From contig JBNPEG010000154.1 in NCBI GenBank assembly GCA_051117555.1, forward strand, positions 1 to 47,735: a DNA stretch of 47,735 nucleotides, in the 5' to 3' direction. Position numbers and translations under genes: made by a program. Each line of letters opens with the position of its first letter. Positions within the stretch are counted from its first letter, which is position 1. A model generated the notes under the pieces. That model saw only the letters and a list, made by a program, of their open reading frames with translations. It searched no databases and was not told the origin of the DNA. The DNA is from Elainellaceae cyanobacterium (lineage in GTDB: Bacteria > Cyanobacteriota > Cyanobacteriia > CAZCXK01). This document shows, piece after piece, positions 41,297 through 47,735 of this stretch.

Positions 41297-43264
41297 ATGG
41301 CACAAAACTGGGCGATCGCCATCGGCATTAATCAATATGAGCATCTTTCGCAGTCGTCACATCTAAGATATGCCGTGCGTGATGCAGAGCTGATGCGTGA
41401 TTTTTTGTGTCAGACTGCTAGCTTTCCTGAGAAGAATGTGTTGTTGTGTTCTGATGAGTCTCGCCCTATCGGGTCTATTTTCACCCGCCCGTCACGGTCA
41501 AATTTAAGGCGGTTATTGCGCGAAGAACTGCAGCAGGCGCACGGAGCTGACAATCTTTGGTTCTTCTTTGCCGGACATGGCATGGCAGGACGAAATGGCG
41601 ATTACTTCTTGCCGATAGATGGCAATCCCAATGATTTGGAAGATACGGCTGTTTCTGTCGATTTTGTGACCGAGTATTTGCGCCGCTGTCAGGCCAAAAA
41701 TGTGGTGCTGATTCTTGATATGTGTCGCAATGAAGGTAGAAATGATAGTCGAGATATCAGCGTTAGTGTAGGTAAGCAAACCATCAAATTGGCCCGCGAG
41801 CGGGGCATGATTACGATGTTTTCCTGTAGCCGAGGGGAGCGATCGTATGAGATTCCTGAGCTAGAGCAAGGGGCGTTTACCCACAGCTTGGTAAATGGGC
41901 TAAAGCAGCACACGATTTTGCGACAGCTCGATGACTATTTGAGGCGAGAGATTCCAGGCTTACGGCAACGCTATGCCAAACAAATCCCGATTCCGCGAAT
42001 TATTCCTGAACCGGGATGGAAATATGATGCGCCTCTGCTGCCTGGATATGCTACCCAATCAGACGTAGGGCAGTTGATTGAGCGAGCAACCCAAGCAGAA
42101 CTCGACGAAGACTTTGAACAAGCCCGTCAGTTTTGGTGGCAGGTGATTGATGCAGGGTCTCAGTCTGAGCGGTCAACAGCCCGGAATGCACTAGATCGAA
42201 TTAGAAGGAAGGAGATGGCGAGGATTCAATCCGTGCCGTCTGCATCGCCACCACCATCAGTTTCTCCTGTCGGAAGGGATATAGGCGAAACCATATCGCC
42301 ACCCAATCCCCAACCTGAAGAAAAAACTACCAACCCAACAGCAACAGACCCGTTTCGTTTGCAAGATTTTCCTTTTAAGACTGCACGAATTGTATCTGTG
42401 CGCAAAGAGGGAGGATTGCTGGGTTTTGGTGGGCAAGCGGTGTGTGACATAAAGCGAGAAGGCTGCACTGCTAAATGCTTTGTTGAGCCGTTGGGCAATG
42501 GTGTCACGCTAGAGATGGTGCAGATTCCAGGAGGCACATTCATGATGGGGTCTCCTGAATCTGAAGATGGATATAAAAGTGAACGACCTCAGCATTCAGT
42601 AACGGTCAAACCATTTTTCATAGGTAAGTTTCCTATTACACAAGCACAGTATGAAGCAGTGATGGGAAACAATCCTGTGACGCAATATGATAGTGACCGC
42701 TTTGTTGCGCCTGATAAGCCCGTCGTTGGCGTGAGTTGGAATGATGCGATCGCCTTTTGTGAACGCCTGTCTCAACAAACTAAAACCGAGTATCGTTTGC
42801 CGAGCGAAGCCGAATGGGAATATGCCTGTCGTGCTGGAAATGAAACGCCGTTTCATTTTGGTGAAACAATCACGACTGACCTAGCAAATTATCGAGGAAC
42901 GGATTGGGAATATCAGGGGACAACGTATCCTGGCAATTATGCAAATGGGCCGAAAGGAGAATATCGAGAAGAGCCAACGCCAGTCGGTAGTTTTGCTGCT
43001 AATGCGTTTGGGCTGTTTGATATGCATGGCAATGTGTGGGAATGGTGCCTTGATCATTGGCATGAAAATTATCAAGATGCACCCACAGATGGAAATGCTT
43101 GGATCGAAGGCGGAGATAAGTCTCTGAGGCTGCTGCGGGGCGGTTCTTGGCCCTACGACCCGTGGGACTGTCGCTCAGCGGACCGTGTCAGGCTCAATGC
43201 AGACTTTAGGAGCGACGACTTCGGGTTTCGTGTTGTGTGTTCTGTGCCGAGGTCTCTTCCCTAG
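41297..43264 (+). CDS. DGR target protein: caspase (peptidase C14) domain, Pro-rich linker and FGE-sulfatase/CLec domain with C-terminal VR
   Basis: AIAIGINQY, FFFAGHG and LILDMCRN (His-Cys dyad); then IPGGTFMMGS, RLPSEAEWEYACRAG, GLFDMHGNVWEW and RGGSW...GFRVV. Confidence 0.95.
   Translation: MAQNWAIAIGINQYEHLSQSSHLRYAVRDAELMRDFLCQTASFPEKNVLLCSDESRPIGSIFTRPSRSNLRRLLREELQQAHGADNLWFFFAGHGMAGRNGDYFLPIDGNPNDLEDTAVSVDFVTEYLRRCQAKNVVLILDMCRNEGRNDSRDISVSVGKQTIKLARERGMITMFSCSRGERSYEIPELEQGAFTHSLVNGLKQHTILRQLDDYLRREIPGLRQRYAKQIPIPRIIPEPGWKYDAPLLPGYATQSDVGQLIERATQAELDEDFEQARQFWWQVIDAGSQSERSTARNALDRIRRKEMARIQSVPSASPPPSVSPVGRDIGETISPPNPQPEEKTTNPTATDPFRLQDFPFKTARIVSVRKEGGLLGFGGQAVCDIKREGCTAKCFVEPLGNGVTLEMVQIPGGTFMMGSPESEDGYKSERPQHSVTVKPFFIGKFPITQAQYEAVMGNNPVTQYDSDRFVAPDKPVVGVSWNDAIAFCERLSQQTKTEYRLPSEAEWEYACRAGNETPFHFGETITTDLANYRGTDWEYQGTTYPGNYANGPKGEYREEPTPVGSFAANAFGLFDMHGNVWEWCLDHWHENYQDAPTDGNAWIEGGDKSLRLLRGGSWPYDPWDCRSADRVRLNADFRSDDFGFRVVCSVPRSLP
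43129..43251 (+). repeat. DGR variable region (VR)
   Basis: Aligns without gaps to 44934-45056 with 18 mismatches, every one opposite a TR adenine. Confidence 0.97.
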
Positions 43265-43333
43265 CCCTTTTCTCTTTTGCTCTTTTACTCTTTACCCTTC
43301 TTTTCTCTTGCGCGTAGCGCTAAAAATTTTTTT
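43265..43333 (+). promoter_or_regulatory. Post-VR pyrimidine tract and GCGC-GTA-GCGC mini-hairpin, candidate retrohoming cis element
   Basis: C/T-rich tract, then CTCTTGCGCGTAGCGCTAAAAATTTTTTT. DGR targets typically have a hairpin downstream of the VR. Confidence 0.55.
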
Positions 43334-43451
43334 GCCTTTAAGAGACATAACGTAACGGTTTGCTTTGATCAGGCTCAAAATGTTCAGTCGCGATGAGATA
43401 TTGGTTCTTATATCCGTTCAACACCAAATCATCTAAAAACATCATTACGTT

Positions 43452-43796
43452 ATGGACGATTTACCTGTTATCCAGAAAACCTATGACCTGATCAAGTGGT
43501 ACGTCCCCATTCTCAACCGATTGCCCAAAAACCACAAGTTTTTGTTAGGCGACAGAATGGTGACCGGGCTCTATGATTTGCTCGAAGGGTTGATTCAAGC
43601 TCGCTATTCTCAAAACAAACTGACTCGACTAGAAACCCTCAACAGCCACCTTGATATCTTACGCCATCAAACTCGCCTGCTTCTCGATTTTGAATTAATA
43701 AAACCAGAGCGATATCAGCACATTGGGCAACTCATAGACTCCGTTGGCACTGATTTGGGGGGCTGGATTAAACAACAGCGTAAAAAACCATATTAA
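43452..43796 (+). CDS. avd: DGR accessory variability determinant Avd
   Basis: 114-aa helical protein ([13 protein letters not shown]...[12 protein letters not shown]...LGGWIK) lying between target and RT. Confidence 0.92.
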   Translation: MDDLPVIQKTYDLIKWYVPILNRLPKNHKFLLGDRMVTGLYDLLEGLIQARYSQNKLTRLETLNSHLDILRHQTRLLLDFELIKPERYQHIGQLIDSVGTDLGGWIKQQRKKPY

Positions 43797-43817
43797 ACAA
43801 CAGCGTAAAAAACCATC

Positions 43818-44876
43818 ATGAAACGCTACGGCAATCTCTGGCCTCAAATCATCGACTTTGAGAATATCTTACTTGCTGCTCGCAACGCTCAAAAAGGTAA
43901 ACGGTTTCGAGACAATGTGCTGGCCTTCAACTACAACCTGGAACATGAACTCAACCAGATTCAACGCCTCCTCCAAACCAAAACCTATCAGCCCGGAGCT
44001 TACCGCACCTTTCAAATTCGAGAACCCAAACCTCGCACAATTTCAGCGGCTCCCTATCGAGATCGAGTAGTGCATCACGCCCTCTGCAACGTGATCATGC
44101 CTATCTTGGAGCGTTCTCTAATTTTCGATACTTATGCAAACCGTTGGGGCTTTGGCACCCACCGCGCCCTTCATCGCTTTACACAATTTGCTCGGTCTAG
44201 TCGATATATTCTTCAGTGCGACATTCGTAAATACTTTCCCAGCATTGATCATGAGATCTTGAAAACCCTGCTACGTTGCAAGATTAAATGCCTGGATACT
44301 CTCTGGCTGATTGACACGATCATCGACAACAGCAACGAACAAGAACCTGTCATTGTTCACTTTCCAGAGGATGAATTACTCACACCACTACAACGCCGCC
44401 GAGGGCTTCCCATTGGCAATCTCACCAGTCAATGCTTTGCCAATATCTATCTCAGCAACTTTGATCACTTCATCAAAGAACAACTCAAGGTCAGCAAATA
44501 TCTACGCTATGTCGATGACTTTGCGCTATTTTCTGACGACCGCATGTTTCTTACTGAAGCAAAAGCCATAATTGAAAACTACTTGGTAGACTTACGTCTC
44601 AAGATTCACCCCGTCAAAAGCCAGCTTTATAAAACAGAAATCGGTGCTAACTTCGTAGGATTTCGCGTGTTTCCAAACCATATTCGAGTTCGAAGTGAGA
44701 ATTTACGACGATCTCGACGACGATTGCGACGATTGAAACATGAGTACAAAATCAATCAGGTTAGCTTTACAACACTGACCCAATCGATCCAGAGCTGGGG
44801 GACACACCTCAAACATGCAGATAGCTGGCGTCTACGCGACGATATTTTTACAACCTTGATTTTTACGAATGCATAA
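43818..44876 (+). CDS. DGR reverse transcriptase
   Basis: [33 protein letters not shown] (DGR-type GxxxSQ) and YVDD; 352 aa with no maturase or endonuclease extension. Confidence 0.96.
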   Translation: MKRYGNLWPQIIDFENILLAARNAQKGKRFRDNVLAFNYNLEHELNQIQRLLQTKTYQPGAYRTFQIREPKPRTISAAPYRDRVVHHALCNVIMPILERSLIFDTYANRWGFGTHRALHRFTQFARSSRYILQCDIRKYFPSIDHEILKTLLRCKIKCLDTLWLIDTIIDNSNEQEPVIVHFPEDELLTPLQRRRGLPIGNLTSQCFANIYLSNFDHFIKEQLKVSKYLRYVDDFALFSDDRMFLTEAKAIIENYLVDLRLKIHPVKSQLYKTEIGANFVGFRVFPNHIRVRSENLRRSRRRLRRLKHEYKINQVSFTTLTQSIQSWGTHLKHADSWRLRDDIFTTLIFTNA

Positions 44877-44933
44877 CTTTTGCTCTTAATTGGCTATTCT
44901 TCAGCTATTCTTTCGATTGGGACAGGTTGATCT

Positions 44934-45201
44934 GCTGCTGCGGGGCGGTTCTTGGAACAACAACCCGAGGAACTGTCGCTCAGCGAACCGTAACAGGAAC
45001 AATGCAGACAATAGGAACAACAACAACGGGTTTCGTGTTGTGTGTTCTGTGCCGAGTACTCTTCGCCGTCAGAGCTGATGGATGGGAATTCATCAGGAGT
45101 ACATGAAGAGTCCAGACCTGTTCCTGTGAGGGCAGTAACGCCTTCCGAAAATAAACCAGAGCCAGATATCTTGGTAAGTTCGCTGAAGAGTTGTCTGGCT
45201 C
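44934..45201 (+). ncRNA. DGR template repeat (TR, 44934-45056) and structured 3' spacer
   Basis: AAC-rich copy of the VR; downstream stems CTGATG...CATCAG, GAGGGC...GCCTTC and GAGCCAGA...TCTGGCTC. RNA ends are not known. Confidence 0.9.
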
Positions 45202-45264
45202 CATTAAAATATTCCTTATATTCCATCAAAAGCTCAGATCCCAGACTTTTTGATGAAAAAGCCG

Positions 45265-45410
45265 GCGGCAATTGAAATTGCGTCTACACGAACGAAACCC
45301 GCCTGCGCGGGTTAAGGAAATTGTCTGTGAGGATGGACATAGTCTATGTAGCCGCCGATTTTAATCGGACGGCACAAGCGAATGTTCTGGGTCTGATGGC
45401 GATCGCCCCA
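45265..45410 (+). repeat. 146-bp direct repeat, right copy
   Basis: Identical to 40573-40718. Confidence 0.95.
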
Positions 45411-45416
45411 CGTCGA

Positions 45417-45731
45417 ATAGTCATCATTCACGATCCGATGGCAATCATTCACCACCCGATAGTCATCATTCAATGTCTGATAGTCATCATTCAATGTCTG
45501 ATAGTGAATGTTCAATGTCTGATAATGAATGTTCAATGTCTGATAATGAATGTTCAATATCTGATAATGAATGTTCAATATCTGATAATGAATGTTCAAT
45601 GTCTAATGGTGAATGTTCAATGTCTGATAATGAATGTTCAATGTCTGATGGTGAACGTTCAATGTCTAATAGTGAATGTTCAATGTCTGATGGTGAACGT
45701 TCACTATCGGATAGCGATCGTTCACTATCCG
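45417..45731. repeat. 21-bp tandem repeat, 15 units, degenerate at both edges
   Basis: Consensus ATA(A/G)TGAATGTTCAATGTCTG; no unique spacers. Confidence 0.95.
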
Positions 45732-46039
45732 ATGGCCATCATTTCATATTCGAGTAAGAAAATCTTATATTGCGCATGGATTGATCACCATCCAATATCA
45801 AATTTCCACCACCGGATATCAAATGAAGTCGGTCGAATATAAAACCGAGACCAACGAGATTAGAAAATTTAATATCGCCAGGCAAACATTTCAATTCGTT
45901 TGGCAAATCAAGACCAACGGATATGAAATCAAAACCAGCTCACATCAGTTTTCTTAATTCCGGGATGCAACTTGCGCGATCGGCGGATGGAGTGATGGGG
46001 TAATCAAATCATCTCCATCACTCCCAGACTCCATTACTT

Positions 46040-46324
46040 CTAAACGGGCGATCGCCAACGAATCAGATAACTCATCACGTCACCTTGTTCGGGTGTGATG
46101 ATGATGCCCGTTTCAGGTACGTGAAGTAATGGACTCCACAATCGCTGCTCCACATAGCCCAGCACATGTAGATGATGAATAGTGCTTTGCACACCGTTGG
46201 TAGAACCGAGCAGAATATGCCGCAAGGGTTCTCGCTCAGGTTGAGCAGTAGGAGAGACGAGCAATAGCGGACTGTTCGCCTCACCATCAAGGGTAGGCGA
46301 TGAAGTATTAGGTAAGTATGTCAC
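46040..46324 (-). CDS. Conserved cyanobacterial hypothetical protein
   Basis: REPLRHILLGS..GVQSTIHHLHVLGY.E...WSPL pattern; start uncertain (GTG 46324 or TTG 46366). Confidence 0.7.
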   Translation of the reverse strand: MTYLPNTSSPTLDGEANSPLLLVSPTAQPEREPLRHILLGSTNGVQSTIHHLHVLGYVEQRLWSPLLHVPETGIIITPEQGDVMSYLIRWRSPV

Positions 46325-47005
46325 TGGGATTCCTCTGAGAGTGAGTAGGGTAAGGAATCCCAACAACTTGGCCGTCCCAGACGGTGTACAGTGCGAGACG
46401 GCCTAGAATAAATCTAGCCTTCGCGACTGGGTATTGCAGTCGTGGGGGTTAGGTGCCGGAATTGTTGCCAGCAATTTCCGGTACCGCCTGACCAAGTTCT
46501 TGGGAAAACAAGCTGCGGACAAAACAGCTATAGCTCAAAACGCTACCGAATTTGACGAACCAAGTCAAGTCAAATTTGATACTAATTTTGGATGAGATGA
46601 TTAGATGAGCACAGTGCAACTGTTGTGAATGATGCACTCGCGTTTCACAATTTCTTAATGGCAAATGTTGGTGGAAGGTGGATAGGATGAGGGGCGATTA
46701 GGTGACAATCCCCCAATCTCTAGAATTAACCATCAGATATGCCGGATAAAACCTTGAAACTGAGGAATTATCTAGCAAAGTTTCTGTATAGTTCCTGAAA
46801 GACTGGATATTATCCGGTAGATGTGCTGTATAACTGCGGAGATAGAGGATATTGTCCAGCGGATCTGACGTTGAATATATAGTTAGGCGGCTCAAGGCTA
46901 CCTGTGGGGATGTTGTTTCAATGTTCTTGCAGTGCCAAAAGACAATTCCTTCGTCTGACATACAATTGAGTAGAGTCTATTTGCCCTCTGCTCTGCCAAA
47001 CCTTC

Positions 47006-47614
47006 ATGAATGCTGATGTCACCTCAAAATCAATCTTGCTGCTGGCTGCGAACCCCAAGGGGACGGGAAGCTTGCGTCTGCAAGAAGAAGAGAGAGAAAT
47101 TAAGGAGCGTCTCCGTCTAGCTGGGTATGGCAAAGTACCGATCAACTCGACTGGGGCTACTCGTAGCAGAGATATTCAACAAGCGATGCTGGACTTTAAG
47201 CCACAGGTCGTTCATTTCACAGGTCATGGTATAGGGAAAGATGGTTTGGCTTTTGAGGATGTGGCAGGACATCTTAAGCTGATTGACTCAGATGCGTTAG
47301 CTAACCTATTCAAACTTTTTTCTAATCATGTAGAGTGCGTTGTTCTGAATGCCTTCTACTCAGAGTTTCAAGCTGAGGCGATCGAGCAACATATTGATTA
47401 CGTGATTGGGATGAATCAAGCGATTGGCGATCGGGCAGCAATTGAATTTTCTGTCGGTTTCTACACGGCATTAGGGGCTGGAGAATCAATCGAGTTTGCT
47501 TATGAACTGGGTTGTAATGCAATCCAGCTAGAGGGTATTCCGGAACACTTAACTCCAGTCCTGTTCGTAAAAAAAAAGGAATCTGAAAACGTAGAGTTTC
47601 AAAATTTTGATAGA
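47006..47614 (+). pseudogene. CHAT (caspase-clan) domain gene truncated by IS insertion; catalytic Cys replaced by Phe
   Basis: ILLLAANP...LRLQEE.REI, VHFTGHG, and VLNAFYS where LNACxS is expected. The last residues LISCTW* come from the IS terminus. Confidence 0.8.
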
Positions 47615-47735
47615 CTCATATCTTGCACCTGGTAATTTGAACTTCAATTCCCTGCTGTTGCAACAAGGAACGTTTTCGTTCGATATCGGCTAACAACAGT
47701 GTCACTAAAACATCTGCCAAAGCGGCTTCTAGCAC
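47615..47735 (-). mobile_element. Right end of the same IS family: transposase C-terminus and 16-bp terminal IR
   Basis: CTCATATCTTGCACCT at 47615-47630; the minus frame reads VLEAALADVLVTLLLADIERKRSLLQQQGIEVQITRCKI* with the stop inside the IR. Confidence 0.85.

Noticed and set aside
43818..44876. Group II intron, retron or CRISPR-associated RT
   Set aside because: GxxxSQ motif, short length, adjacent avd and the TR/VR pair identify a DGR RT.
44890..45078. 62-aa Asn-rich ORF as a protein gene
   Set aside because: It is the TR read in the VR frame; TRs are AAC-rich and stop-free by design.
43452..45260. Lack of HIP1 sites in avd-RT-TR as evidence of recent foreign origin
   Set aside because: A similarly long HIP1-free stretch occurs in ordinary genes (about 27.9-30.5 kb), and the target gene itself has HIP1 sites.
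45417..45731. CRISPR array
   Set aside because: The units are contiguous 21-mers with no unique spacers, and there are no cas genes in the window.
1..47735. 47-kb composite transposon or circular element with a single IS
   Set aside because: The cargo is core chromosomal genes (hisG, folD, crtE, ccmK). The inner flanks (CCAACTGATG and TTTTGATAGA) share no target duplication and belong to different genes, so contig breakage at two IS copies is simpler.

Overview
Cyanobacterial chromosomal DNA: the HIP1 octamer GCGATCGC is frequent, and ccmK3/ccmK4, ycf54, bciB and crtE are present. About 40 kb is ordinary housekeeping and accessory genes sprinkled with MITE/REP-like repeats. The main feature is a complete diversity-generating retroelement (DGR) at about 40.9-45.2 kb. 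It consists of a small Pepco-like gene, a caspase + FGE-sulfatase/CLec target gene carrying a variable region (VR), avd, a reverse transcriptase, and a template repeat (TR). VR and TR align over 123 bp with 18 mismatches, all at TR adenines. The cassette lies between two identical 146-bp direct repeats. It is followed by a 21-bp tandem array, a hairpin-rich noncoding stretch and a CHAT protease gene truncated by an IS. Both window ends carry termini of the same IS family (16-bp inverted repeat), one disrupting a calpain-like gene and the other the CHAT gene. Product names come from recognising motifs by eye; no database search was run.
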